Shown in pieces: positions 12,705 through 26,100 of a stretch of DNA of 64,000 bases. Both the position numbers and the translations under genes were made by a program. Where the stretch lies: positions 1-64,000 of the forward strand of contig JAAILG010000318.1 in NCBI GenBank assembly GCA_012026655.1, in the 5' to 3' direction. The notes under the pieces are model-generated. The model searched no databases and was not told the origin of the DNA. It worked only from the letters and a program-made list of their open reading frames with translations. Within the stretch, counting starts at the first letter, position 1, and the number at the start of each line of letters is the position of its first letter. Source of the DNA: Hydrolagus affinis (lineage: Eukaryota).

Positions 12705-13761
12705 TTAAGGATCTATACCATATTCAAACAACTACATTATGTTTTATGCATTCAATGTCAGTTTGGGAAATCATTCACACAACTCCAGTTATTCAGTTCC
12801 TGGTGATTAATCGATGCATTCACACACAAGAAACAAGTTAAAAATTCAAAATTGTCCTGAAAATTTTTACGTTAAATTCCAGCATAAATTTGTTGTACTA
12901 TTCAATATCGAATTAAAATTTTTTTCTACAAGGTTTCACGTTTTGGGTTTGCACAGGGTCACACTCCTGGCTTAGAGCACAGTCATTCTATTTCCTGCCA
13001 ATTCCTCATCCAGAATGTCTCAGTGACAATCCTACATGCAAATGCGGCAGATTGCTAAATTACAAAAATCAAATCAGTTCCATCTTGGACTTCAGTGAAT
13101 GAAGTAACCCTATTCTGATTCATTTGGCCAGAGTATTAGGTGTTGCATTATTTAAGATGCTTCAAGTTGCCATGACATCTATTCTTTCCTCAAAGAATGT
13201 TGAGTAAACTATATCACTGGGAGTTCACAGATCCAATATAAAGCCTGTCCTCAGCCCTCATTACACTAAATTAACCTGATATTACAGGACAGGCTACAGC
13301 AGGAATAGTGAGTCGCCAATTATATCACTTACTCTAATTTGTAGGGGTGTTCTAGGTGGTCTATGCAATTATGCAAATGATAGTGTTCTAACCAGAAATT
13401 TTAAACTACCGTAAAACAGTCAAACTAATTAAATTGTGAAGAAAGTACAATGTTGTCAAATTAATAATCTCTTTCACCAGTGATTCATCTATAATTATTA
13501 ATGGGATCATAGAATCTTAAATATTTCAACATTAAGATTCTGCATATCAAGCCTATGATAGTAAATTATTCACTAAGTGTTCACTGTTTCCAGAAATAGG
13601 TTTTCTTTTCAAAATGGGTTTAAGGTCTGTATATACACATAGACTGCATTGCCTCTAAATCAATCTTCACTGACTTTAAAACTAAATATCTCTGCATCAA
13701 ACAACCAACTGAAACAACTGAACAATGGATTGTAAATCATGATCTTTTTGTGAGTGTTGAA

Positions 13762-13900
13762 AAATAATAATCCTTGCACTTGTTACTGCACCTTAACACA
13801 CTGAGATGTATATATTATATTAGGCGTATTTTGTGGGAAAATGCAGCAGCCAATTCCACGCAGTACTGTCCCACAAAACAGTCTAGGATTGAATGACCAC
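13762..13900 (-). mobile_element. Degraded 3' part of the tRNA-SINE family
   Basis: AATAATAATCCTTGCA...GCAGCAGCCAATT...GTCCCACAAAACAGTC...GGATTGAATGACC matches the 12410 and 24885 copies. Confidence 0.7.
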
Positions 13901-14920
13901 ATTTTTTCCAAATTGTTTTATATAAGAAGGATTTATTACCCCCAGAAAGCAATCCACTAATCGACTAACAACCAGGTTCCAGGAGTCAAACCGACTTTCA
14001 GTGTTGATGTCACCTGTTTACATGCAGTGTAAGAACAACTCTCCCTGCATACATTGTGAAGGTATGTAATAGTGTACAGACTCACAAGGAGGATTACAGT
14101 TTTCAGCAGCAATGTTTGTTTTCCTCCAAGGCATTCTGAATACCGTATAAAGCTGTGTAATGTCACCTCACTCTGCCTGAAGATGTGTGGATTTCTGAGA
14201 GGTTAGCAGCTTACTATCTTTCCGAATGCCCAAGATGAACTATTTTCCACATGATAGAATGCTGTTGAAACTATGATCAGCTGCTCCTCACCCAGATTTG
14301 TATTTAATAGAGAACGTGCAGTAGGGAATATTATTTATGGAAGAGACAATAGTTAAATTTCCACTCCAGCAAGGCACAGTTCAATAAACCACCCAAATTG
14401 CAAGAGCTAATAATACTGTCTATCACGCAGCATGCATATTAAACATTTACTGCCTGATGTACTATCAACCTTGACCCTGGAACATCTTCTATTCGAGCAA
14501 GAGCACAGTGGTGGAAGGCAATGTGAAAACAACCATTTGGCAGGCTGCAGCAACTGGCGGGCTGTGAAAGTTTGACATATCTAATATGGCAAGATTGCAT
14601 GGAACATGATAGGGAGCATTTGGACAAACAACTCTGCAGGATAGAGGAACGAGTCAGTCAGTGGAACCCTACTGCTGGGAAATAGCGGGGTGACCGGAAT
14701 GCTAAATTCAAACACGCATGTAGATACCGAGGACAAGCAGGGAACAATTCAGATGTAAAAAATTATTTTTCCAGTTAAATGAAACGAGATAGCTTAATGT
14801 TGGCATATGACCATGTGGCAAACAAAGTACAGCATTTAAATTTTACCTTAATGTAAACAATCACAATAAAATGACCCCTTGTTTGCTTTTCCCAGCGACA
14901 ATGAACAGTGGTATTAACCA

Positions 14921-15017
14921 AAACCAGAAGTTGCTGGGAAAACTCAGCAGGTCAGGCAGCATCCATGGAGAAAGGAGAGTGAGTCAACATTTCGTGTCGA
15001 CGACCCTTCATCAGAAC
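14921..15017 (-). mobile_element. Short Penelope-like-element-derived insertion with a 12-bp TSD
   Basis: TGGTATTAACCA at both 14909-14920 and 15018-15029; body homologous to both arms at 48708-48954; carries a hammerhead core. Confidence 0.75.
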
Positions 15018-15018
15018 T
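14982..15018 (-). ncRNA. Minimal type I hammerhead ribozyme-like motif
   Basis: RNA AGUU-CUGAUGA-A-GGGUC-GUC-GACAC-GAAA-UGUU-GACU: CUGAUGA and GAAA boxes, stem II (4 of 5 pairs), stem I AGUU/GACU. Activity not demonstrated. Confidence 0.6.
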
Positions 15019-15697
15019 GGTATTAACCAGTTTATTCCACTGGTAAGAAAGAGCACAGCTTGTCACCTGGAGTAAGATTGGAGTACCCTCTCCATGAGGG
15101 AAATAACCTAGATAAGTCCATCATCATCATTAATTTAATAGCTGCCTTTCAAGCAAGGAAGAGTGTTAATAAATAAATCTTACATTTGATATAATGCCTT
15201 TCATGTCAGGAGGCAATCTCAGAGTGCTTCACATGGAGCGTGAACACACAATCCTCTGAATCAGAAACAACCGTGTTTTCAATTAATTGAGCCAGGCTGA
15301 CACCAAACCATATGTATGTGGGTGAAGGATACACACGGATTAAGTTAGGGTAAAGTTCCTTTTAGTGTAGTTAAGAAACAAATCAAACCTCCCTTCATTC
15401 AAAAGGAGAACTTGCAGGGACCAAACCAATTAGTTCAGATTTTAAAAATATCTCTAAATTCATATATAAAAGGTATAAAAACTTTACAACCACTAACAGT
15501 GAATTATTTAAATGTACACTCATGCTGCTGGTGACTTTTTAAGTATCAAGGAATAATCTCTAAAATGTACTTTATTAGCAATTGGTGACTTAAGTAAAGG
15601 AACAGAAAAGGTTAATCTAAAAAAATCAGTCTGACATTTTTATTGGCAAACCACTAGAATGTCTGCCCTCAGTTGTTCAAGACAAAATTAGACTTAC

Positions 15698-15919
15698 CTT
15701 AACTGGGAAATTCACAAGCGAACTGGTCAGATTGCCAGTGTTGCATTTGAAATTCAGATGCTGGTCTCTACGATTCTCTGCATCCCAATCCCATGTACCC
15801 ACGTCATGGATCAATGATCTCTCTGAATTCAGACTCAATTTCTGGAAAGCAGTGCACGTCATGCCTGTGAAACTAGCTGGCTTGATCATGAATGCCTCCA
15901 GTGCGACATTCATGGAAAC
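15698..15919 (-). CDS. ADGRA1: ADGRA exon, GAIN domain (VSMNVALEAFMIKPASFTGMTCTAFQK...DQHLNFKCNTGNLTSSLVNFPVK)
   Basis: 222-nt phase 0-0 exon, acceptor ...caccag, donor gtaagt. NxALEAxxIK..FTGMTCTxFQK and LxFKCN motifs; overlaps ORF 15677..15934. Confidence 0.96.
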
Positions 15920-17998
15920 CTGGTGAAAATACACACAAGCAAAAGGAATTACTGCACAATTAAATTAGTTGAAAAACGAAGAGTCAAAATGGTCCCATAT
16001 TCAGGTGCCTGAAATGCAAACACTTTATTGTTGTAGTTTTGTTGATTTTGTTACCTATTGCTTTTTTTTTGACTCAGCGGAATGATGTAATCTCATTAAT
16101 TTAATTCCATGCCATTAATTGTTGGCTGGCAGTGATTCGAGAAGAACAGAAATTGCTCAGCCTTGCACGATATTGTAAAAGAAACCTAGTGTTTATTTTA
16201 TTTACAAACTGCATCAAAGCATTCTTTAATATGGCTTATAATTTGGCTTTAATGGATGAGACAGAAAAGGTTTATTAAAATAAGTAAAAAGAGGTCAGAT
16301 TACTACAGCTGAATTTAAGGTACACATCAACAGGAATAACTGTATGAATGATTAAACAGCAGTGTATCCTGAAAGAATTTAGAGCTTAGAGCTCAATCAA
16401 CAAAATTCAAGTAAGCTTGATTACATCTTACACAATGAAATTGCATTTACATGCAAAGTGCATTTTAATAGCTGGCCTGCTTTGCCAGGAAATTGTAGCC
16501 GTGGACTGATGGGTGAATTTACTAACAAGGAATGTGAACAGCACAAGAGAGATCACCATCAATATTGGAAATCAGAAATAAAACCAATTATACTGAAAAT
16601 GCACAGCTGATTAATCAGTACCTAAAAGAGATGGGTAGGTTAGCATTTGGGATATGATTCTTATTCTGAACCTTTAAATCATAGCTTTGAAATCATTGAC
16701 CTGCAGTGTTTTTAGTTTGAACATGAACTAGGGCCTGAAATATTAAACATCAGAAATCTTCCTTCTGAATGTTATAGAAAGAACACTCAGGTTAGCATGC
16801 CCAGGTTCAACACAGAAAGTCTAAGATAAATATATATTCCTTTGAACATTTTAATAATTAAAGTTCTCCAGGCAAGAATACATTACAGTAGCTTTAGCTC
16901 AATTTAAATGAAAGCTCATATTCTTGCCTGAAGGCTTCAACTGAACTTCAGCATTACTTCATGCTGTTGTAGCTTTAGATTCAGAAAGCAGTAAACTAAT
17001 CTACACACTCTTCTTGGAAACCTTAAATTGAAATACAGAATTTTGATACTTTATTTTATCCACTCAGTATTGAAAAGAAAAACGCAACTATTTTATTGAC
17101 AAATTGCCACCAATGCTTAGATCATTGTATATTTAATCAAGACGATTTCTGTGTGTGCAATCTTGCAAAAAAAAATACACATCAACAGAAGCAGAATGTT
17201 GGGAGATTGTGCTAGCAGATGAATTATTTCGATGCAAGTAAGATATGTTTAATGTTACTCTTAGCATTCTGGCATCTCAGAAGTTTGAATATAAGTAAAA
17301 CACGACAAAAAAGTTTGTTTTCATTATTAAGTTCTTCTTGAAAGCCATCAAGAAGGCCTTTAACTCTCATGGATTGTAAACTGCGAATGTAGTAAATAAA
17401 ATCTATGGGGGAAAAGAATTGTTTGTGTCTGTCACTGCTATGTAGATGTGATCTTTCACTTCTATTGGATACACTGGAATTCATTTCTGATCAGATAAAT
17501 GCACCCCTCCAGTTGTTCATATTTCTTTAATACTCAACTGGCTTCTTCTAATATGTTTAGATTTGTGCAGCATATTTACATGAATAACAAAGGCACTTTA
17601 ATATGTTAAAAAAAAACACAATTGTATTTATTTATTGGGAATTATTTTTAGTGTGTTAGTGAAGATGAACTACAAGGACCTAAACATAAACACTTTTGTG
17701 CGACAACATTCTGACAAAATGGTGCACTTTAGAAAAATAAATCCCTAAAAGAAAGCACTTGCTCAATAGTTTTCATCCATAAAAAGCAAAGTCCATTTGT
17801 TTTCTAATCAAGCATTACATTTAATATTAGTAAGTTCATGTTGGTACCTTGTGTTTGACCCCACAAATGTTCATTATTTAGTAGATTAATTGAGGGTGAA
17901 GGAACTGCAATATATGCACTAGAACTACTGTACTGCAGGCTTCCTGAGGCTTTTCACCCTTTCTGTTCAAATACAGAATACAACACTGGAGTAAATAC

Positions 17999-18160
17999 CT
18001 TTGAAATAACCTGCGTATTGCTTGTCAGCACAAGACTTGCAATGAGTTCTACACATTGTACCATTCGGGTGCAAGCTTTTTCTTCATTCTGTGCCATCCA
18101 TAGTATGTGTTCATCCACCATCATCATGTTACTGGCTATTTCGGTTATGTGTCCTCCCAG
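17999..18160 (-). CDS. ADGRA1: ADGRA exon, GAIN domain (LGGHITEIASNMMMVDEHILWMAQNEEKACTRMVQCVELIASLVLTSNTQVISK)
   Basis: 162-nt phase 0-0 exon, acceptor ...tcgcag, donor gtattt. ASNxMxxDExxLWxAQxExKAC motif; overlaps ORF 17954..18181. Confidence 0.96.
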
Positions 18161-19602
18161 CTGCGAAACAAAATGTTGCATGTTATTTGTTATTTGTATA
18201 TTTCATCTACATTACTTTGTATCACAATGTACAAGTACATGTTGGTGTGAATGTACTCTATACATTACAAGCTAGGATGCCTTAAATTAAATTATGACAA
18301 GAACTTTTAGCATCTCTGAATTTGGGATGTTTGTTTTTAGTTTGATTCAGGATTGCATTTTCTTCCAAAATGGTTCATTTTTTGGACATTATTTTGTGGT
18401 GAAAATTCAACAAGTGATAATCATCACCGGCAATAATTAGAAATGGCTAAATTATATCTCTGGAAAATGTGGTCGAATACAGATAATAATTATCAAAAAA
18501 AGGCAAAGAATGTCAACCCTCTCATCTCATCCCTTTGACGGCTAAGGCTCTCATTTTCTAATCTGATATAAAGCTCATGTGTTACTATTTCTTTCTCAAA
18601 ATAAAATGCCAGTCTATGAATCAGTTTGAAGCCACACTGTCTCTCCACAGATCCTTGATGTGCCCCTTCTTTAGTTAAAAAGAGCTCGATATTTTTGCAA
18701 ATCTGCAGACCCAAACATTTTGTGTTAAGTTTTTAAGTCCATTTATTTGAGAACACAGGATAAGAAAACCCTAAAAGCAAATATACAAAGCTTGACATTT
18801 CTGCGTAAGATAAAGTGTGTCTCTGTCAATTTGAACCTGCAATGAATAAGCTTAGAATCCTATACAGTATGTTGTCCCCAGAATTGGGGGTGAGATTTCC
18901 CTGTTCCTGCAGTGCCTGTAAGGAAAATCTAACTTCGTTTTTGACGACCTCTCATTAATGAGGTCAGATACATTATTTTTGTGTAGAGTCAACCCTATTT
19001 ATTGCAACCTCAAATCGACAGAAACACTCTACATTTTATAAGGCTTCAGTGTTTATCCTGACTTTAATTAAACTTCAACCAGAAAGAGGTGAAGCATTTG
19101 GCATTAACAGAGCTTATTACAATAGCATTTGAGAATGCGTAATACCAAAGTCCTGTGTTTAAGTATGGATTTTACAGTATTTTAAACCCAGTTCAGAAAA
19201 GTTCCAACTGGTAACCTGTTGCTTTTGGATTGGAAGATGGAATGCCAATATTCTTACAGGAGAATATATTTGCCATTTAAGCTGAATTGAGCTAGCAATG
19301 GACAGAAACAGCACAATTGTACAGAATTCTATTGGTATATTGTACATATTGCCAATTTTGGGGAGTGCATTTTATGGAAATCAGGGTGAATCTGGGTTTC
19401 TCAAGACTTGGCTCTCGTCAACCAGTACCTAATAATGTTTAGTAGTCAGTTGGCTGGGTGCATCCCAGCAGGGAGACAGTGTGCATTCCATGCGGACATA
19501 TGGAAATGTCCATGTGTATTACAAAGGTGGAACTATGAATTAGGTCTGGAAACTCTTAAACGTGTGATGGGTTTCCACATGTGCAATACAGATAGCGGTA
19601 AA

Positions 19603-19621
19603 ACACACACACACACACACA
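19603..19621. repeat. (AC)n microsatellite
   Basis: About 9 AC units read directly. Confidence 0.9.
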
Positions 19622-20726
19622 TACAATATAAATGAGGAGTGAAACCCCTGCTCTATGTTCATTAGCTACAACCCTGAAAGTGCAATCCCCTCTGAACCAA
19701 TGTTCTTTTTTTTTCTAATTTCTCACACCAGCTATCTTGTGGCTTCTGAGTAAGATTTCTAATTTAGTGAAGAGCAGTAATGTGCAGTGAGTTGATGTTC
19801 TCTACGAATTGGGATCAGAATGACAAAACTCAATTGACTATTTTAGGGGTAAGGTAAAACTGTTTCAGAATTTCTTTAAATTAAAAAAAAAACAGCTCAA
19901 CATGCTTATAAAACTAGTTAAAACTGTTTTAACTAAATCATTGATGCAAATGCATGGACCATTTCCTTTCAGTAATCCATGAAGCTAGTGTTGATATGGG
20001 AAAGTAAAGTTTTCTGTGAAAAGAATGTATGCAGTACCTTCTGATAATAATGGCAAATACACAACATATTGAAATGTTGTAGTAATTATTATAATTAATG
20101 TTTATACAAGAAGAGGCTCCCAAGGCACCAATTACAGTACTGCATTTCAGTCTTATTTATAGTTATAGTAAATACTGGTATCAAACCTAAAAGAACTGTT
20201 TTGAAAAGGGGCAAGAATATGAACACATGCAGAACAATCACAATTAAGAAACAAATTGAGTTGTAGCTACAAATCTCAGACAGTTATCAAGTCCAGATTT
20301 AATGTTTAGAAACGTTATTAGAATAAAGGGTATGGGAATGAACACTTTTGGGTTTCACTTTATAGTACTGAACAGTGTAACGCGAATTTGTCACTTTACC
20401 GTGAACCTGCACATTCCATTCAGATGAAAACTCAACTTACTTTCTCCCAAGTCACCAACCAGTCTCTGCTCACGTACACTGGAACGCTGATCATCTGCTA
20501 GTTTTTATAATCCACGAATGGGAGAACTCCATTTTAGCAGATAATCAAGGTTCCCTTGAAACATAGACAATTAACTAAAATATGACCACTTGCAAAGTCA
20601 AAGCTATTCTTTGGCTCATACTACATAAAACCCGAAAGAGGCACATAAGCGACTATAATGTTAATAGGTGAATTATGGCTGCACAGAAACATATGTAGAA
20701 TTGACATCCAGACTTTTATACTTTAC

Positions 20727-20876
20727 ATCTTTTATGCGATCCACAAAGACAATCAACTTCTGAATCATTCGAGCCACATAAATGACATCCATCATGTCTG
20801 AAAAGTTGGCTGCCTCGCTTGTGTAGGCCATTAGCTGGTGGGCAAAACCCAGTGCATTTGTGGCATTGACTGGCAT
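20727..20876 (-). CDS. ADGRA1: ADGRA exon, GAIN subdomain A (MPVNATNALGFAHQLMAYTSEAANFSDMMDVIYVARMIQKLIVFVDRIKD)
   Basis: 150-nt phase 0-0 exon, acceptor ...ttgcag, donor gtaaag. YTxEAAxFSDxMDV motif; overlaps ORF 20673..20882. Confidence 0.96.
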
Positions 20877-21822
20877 CTGCAATCACATATTATACTGAAT
20901 TAGGCAAACTAATATCTTTAAAAAGCAGCAATGGTACCAATACTCATAAGGAATTATGGTATTCCTGAAATCAGAAAACAAAGATCATATTACTGGCCAA
21001 AGGTTAAAATGTGATAAGAAAAAGTCTTGTATGGGAGCATTTTGTTCCCAGATACTTAAACACTTTATTTTGGGTGCAATTGTCTGCAAAGTCCTGGACA
21101 TCATATGGTGGGCATTTACAAAGAACAATACCAGAGTAGAATAAAATGCCAGCATCTTTGTTAGCTCTTAAGGCTATTAACAGAGTACATTAACTTATTC
21201 CATTCACTGCCATTATGAGGCCACCTTTCTACAGCCTGAATCTACTGACTATCTGAGCAGTAATTTCATGAATTATTAAAATAGCCATCAAGCACTCCTA
21301 AATCAGTTAGACTCTCCCTGTAATATGTCTTGAAAATCTGCATTAGGAGCACCTACAAGGTGTAAATGTTCTTCTTCATGTGCAAGCCATCCTCGTGACT
21401 GATCTGTATTCAGTGCTAATTACTGCTGAAGTATCATAAAATCCAGTGGATTAATTGCTTTTTAAGATTGCAATGTGCAACCTACAAGACCAAATGGTGC
21501 AGTTTATGGGCTACCTTTTCCAGTTGATTAAAAAGTAAGGCATGACTTTAATACCTGTGTGTCATGGTGTGAAAAAAAATTGGTGATCTAGAGCAACAGG
21601 GTTGAGAATATCCAATGAGCAATATTTTGCTCAGAACCCACATAGTCAGCAATATGCTTCACCATTATGAGCACAGTCCAATTCTAAATCCCAGAGGTGC
21701 CAGCCCAATTTTCCAACATACTGAACTACTGAACTGTCCTACAGTCACATTTCTGAAAAAAACAGCAACTCTTTTCCAGAGCTGATTACCCTTTTGGTTT
21801 ATAATAATGTTAAGGTTCTTAC

Positions 21823-22018
21823 CTGGTTGAAGGCATGGAGGATTCTTGTGACTTCATTTGCATACGGGCATTCGGTATAGTTCGCTGCCACCCAATGTCC
21901 AGAACTATCACATTTATGCCAGGCCTTTCTCTCGCGATGATCTCCATTGTAAGATACAGATGCAAATGGATACATACAGGGGAGATATGCTGTAATACCA
22001 GCCAGTGTTCTAGGCCAT
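21823..22018 (-). CDS. ADGRA1: ADGRA exon, hormone-receptor (HormR) domain (WPRTLAGITAYLPC...KAWHKCDSSGHW...CPYANEVTRILHAFNQ)
   Basis: 196-nt exon, acceptor ...ctgtag, donor gtaaga. WPRTLAGITAY is identical to human ADGRA2/3; overlaps ORF 21799..22119. Confidence 0.97.
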
Positions 22019-24884
22019 CTACAGTAAAAGGGATACCAATTACAATTGAAATGAATATCAAATAAAAATAAATTAAATGTACTTTGAGACATCGCCAGGA
22101 CTTTTGAGCCTCTTCCCAATTATGTCTTTTGAATGGTATACTGCATTGAAAGTACTAATTACTAGTAAAATTGCCTTTTCCATGAATATGTAATAGTGAA
22201 GAGTGGAAGGAAGTTTTGTAGGAGGTAACTAACTATTGTTGCTGAGTGTGACAACATTTTGTTTGTGAATGATTATTTTTCTTCCCATTGTATTTCTGTG
22301 ATTTTTTATTCCCACGCTTCCCGTCTGTCCCTTCTCTATGTACATCCTGTCTCCATGTGGTTTTGTTCTGCCCGAATGTTTCATTCACTCTGTCATTTAG
22401 TTTGTGACTGTGTGTGCGTCTCCCACTGGTTTGTGTTTACAATACCCAGTCACTACACTTTACAGTACATTCTGTGAATGACTTCATGTGTTCAATAATA
22501 TCATAAGGTGCTATATCAAATGCCAGGTCTAATATTGTTGATATTATAGTTATTAGTCTATATAATTATTTAACACTTCTTCAAACACTGAAACTCTCTG
22601 ACAGCTTTAGAGCAACTCCCTTTTTTTTGAGCTTTCATTCACTACCACCTGTTAATTTGAGCACATTCTAAGCACTTTGTTTTAATTACAGTGAGCAAAG
22701 CAGAAATCTGCTATGGCAAATCCCCTTTAACATCCATCCTTGTTTCTGACAAATGAGAACTAATTTTAGAATCACCCCACTGAAAGTAATTAAGATTTTC
22801 TTTCCATGCATGCTGCGCTAAAAGTTAAACTATAAATTTTAGCAAAAAACTGTTCAGAGGAAATAAGCATCTGTCTGTCAAAGAGCAATACAAAAGAAAG
22901 GAAGAATACAATATTCCTTGAAATAGCAATATCTAACATAAATGGAAAAGAAAATTGCTGATACAACATTCTGGGCTGCCTGTAACGCTTTTTTATCAGG
23001 ATATAATTCTGATCCTAGAACATTTACATTAAACAAACCTTTGTAGAATGTTTGTTTTCGTACCACAGAAACTCTTGTTTATATAACATCAGTTTCCTTC
23101 CTTTCTGGCCTTTCAGTGTTTTACTGACTTCAACTTTTTCACCCAGATGTTTCTATCTCCTTGTTCTTTCAACAAGTCAATGGTGATAAAGCATTTTTAA
23201 AAAAAAAAAACTTACTATGAAGTCAATAAGTCAATTTATTTTTGTAATGCATACTTATTTCGACTGAGAATGAAGCAAGAAGAATTATGGCAGATTAAAT
23301 TGAAACCTTAGGCTATTCTAGGTTGGGCTTTGCTCAAATTTACCTAAATTTTAATTTTATTCATTGCACCACCGTGTACATTGCATCCCCTGGTTTGTAG
23401 ATCACTAAAAGACCATGGGTGACACTGCAAGGTATATATTTTAGAGCAAGTACATTTAGGTCACTGAAAGAGTTAAACCAATTTATTTTGCACATTACAT
23501 TCCTCATTCCTTAGCAAGCTACAGCTACACAAGTAAATGTTACTAGAGGGGATCTGTAAAAGACAGCTCGTGTAATTGGAATCTTTTCCATTTTCTTCTA
23601 CCAGTGGCAATTCATTGCTTATTCTTACTGTCTATCATTTCTCTCTATACTGCCTAATAATATTTTAAAGAGCCAGCTGGATCCATCACCCAGGAGCATA
23701 AATTCAGTACTCCTGCCTCACTTACCAACAAGAAAGGAATTATGTTCATTTGTTTGCAATAGATTCTGCTGATCTCAGTAACTACATTATGAATAACATA
23801 TTTTAAAGGATTTAAATATTTATTATATTTTAAAGAACATATTTTAAATAACATATCTTAAAGGATTTCAATAATAAATTGTGAATGGCTATATTTTACT
23901 GAAAATTATTTTAATTACTCAATAATTCTAAGCCTGTTCAAAACTAAGCTTTGTATATTTAACTATGAAGCACATATTTTACTGTGTCTGTCAATAATAC
24001 TTAGTAAGTATGAATTGAGTAATTTAAAATCACACACAACCTAAAATGGTTTGGCATTAGAATAAAGGGTATTTTTGACCTCTTTGGTGTAAACCTTCAG
24101 TGAAATGTTGGCGTGACAGGTTAGATTTCATGTTTTTTTTGGCTTTGGACACTGTAAATTTGAGAAATTGCTTGTCCAGTCTGCCATCTCTTATTGTTGT
24201 GATGAATGGAATTTAAAAGGTTCACATTCTCTACTTCCCACAAATATTACTTACACACTGGACCGATTGAATCTTTTCAAGGGTCACATCCTTTCGTGAA
24301 CTGATCACGGATTTTTCAGTGTGACTACTATTTAAGCTTGGTACTGTACATATATCCAGAATTGAATACAAACTTTCCGCTCTGCTATTTTACCATATTA
24401 TAAGTTTAGGAATGAGTAAACACATTTTTTATTGCAAATTAGCAGTCACACCCAAACAGCATAAGTCTTGTGTTGTAGTATGTTCACTCTAGCTGTCATG
24501 ATTCACTTGTGGCTTCTGGGCTGTCACCTTTATTTGTAATTAAGTCACTGTGGCTTTCATTTTCTATTTTTTTATATGCTCCTTACTGTCATGTTTAGTT
24601 TGTTTTGTGCTGTACGGTACCTAATTGTTACCTTTATTCTGTGTTTTAGTATCTATGCAACACTCCCGTGTTATATATTTTTGATATATATGCCTAGGGT
24701 TACCTCTCCTCCATCCTACCTGACCAATTCTTTCTTACTTCTTGTAATGTGATGCATTGCAATACTCTTTCAACTGATCTAACAGTTGTCAGTTTAAAGG
24801 ATTAACGGATTTAGTGACCTCAAACAGTGGATTCTGAAATCCAACTGTGAAGTGAAAATGCCATCGAAACTAATGTAGTGAAGG

Positions 24885-25196
24885 TAATAATAAGAATAAT
24901 AATCCTTGCACTTGAGATAGTGCTTTTCATGCCATCTAAACGTCTCAAAGTGCTTCACAGAATATATTGTAAAGTGAATTGACTGTATATTTGTGGGCAA
25001 AACACAGCAGTCAATTGCATACATTTGTGTCCCATAAACAGTCTTGGATTGAAATGACCAATTTATCTTTTTTTTGAGGGATTATTATCAGGCGTGTGGA
25101 GTAAGAAAACTTGCCTAAGGTTTTGCCCTGCCTGGAATTGAACCCAGGTCTCTTGCTTGTAAGGCGAGTGCTTTGACCACTGAGCTACCGGACTCC
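24885..25196 (-). mobile_element. Full-length tRNA-derived SINE
   Basis: Minus-strand head GGAGTCCGGTAGCTCAGTGGTCAAAGC...GGTTCAATTCC; same body and tail as 12410-12704. Confidence 0.9.
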
Positions 25197-25714
25197 ACCA
25201 GTGATCTTAAAACCACTGGTAACTTTAGAATATTCTATTATCAGCAACACTGATATATCTGACCATCTATATATCAGTAATGTGCAGTTTCAAAGTCTCA
25301 ACCAAACTGAAGTACATTTTTTAATTACTTTGCACACATTACAGGAAACTTTCTTCAAAGAAGAGAGCAAAACCCTCTTGAGATAAGTGCAACACTATAG
25401 ACACTGATATATTGTAATTTCTGATTCGAATTATTCCTCTAAAAATCACATAAAATATTAATTTAACAGACAATTTATTTATCAGATTAGAATCATATCA
25501 CCCAACTCATCTGGTAAATTGGCATTGCCCTGAACTTAATTACCATGAACTGGATATCTAAATTGTTGGGCTATGTAAGACAACACATCGAATAGAATTT
25601 CAGCAAAGCGGTGTTGCATTTTATAGCAAAGTTCTGACTACATGAAACATATTCTCTGATGTAACCAGGCACACCAAATGGGCCTTTTGTTTTTCTCATT
25701 TGAATTCTGGGCTT

Positions 25715-25975
25715 CACCAACCTGCCCGTTCCCTCCACTCTGCAGGCAATGGCCTGCTCCATGTTCCCTGCCCGCTCCACTATTGGTGGTCAGGCCTTCA
25801 GCCTTTCTCTCCACACCATCTGGAACTCTACCCCCAGAGCACTTCCACTTCGCCTCCTCCCTTGCTCCTCTCAAAGTCCATCTCAAGACCTAGCTCGGGT
25901 CCAAATCCCGGAATCCCGTCCAGCACCTTGACGGCCTCCTGACATGAAAGGCACTACACAAATGAAACTGAAGTG
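25715..25975 (+). mobile_element. L2 LINE 3' fragment
   Basis: TIGGQAFS...WNS motif and tail GACATGAAAGGCACTACACAAATG. Confidence 0.75.
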
Positions 25976-26100
25976 AAGAAATGAGCTATTTAAATGCAAT
26001 TTGTTGTTGTTTGTGGTTGTTGTAGATGGTTTGTAAAGTATATTTTAGTTTGAGATCAATCCTTATTATGTCTCGTTCTGTGATTTTGTGGTACACGTAC

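Noticed and set aside
16565-16760. Possible very old copy of the Penelope-like short element
   Set aside because: Only loose resemblance and no intact hammerhead boxes; too diverged to support.
23790-23872. ATAACATAT(T/C)TTAAAGGATTT direct repeat
   Set aside because: Low-complexity AT-rich slippage duplication; no array structure.
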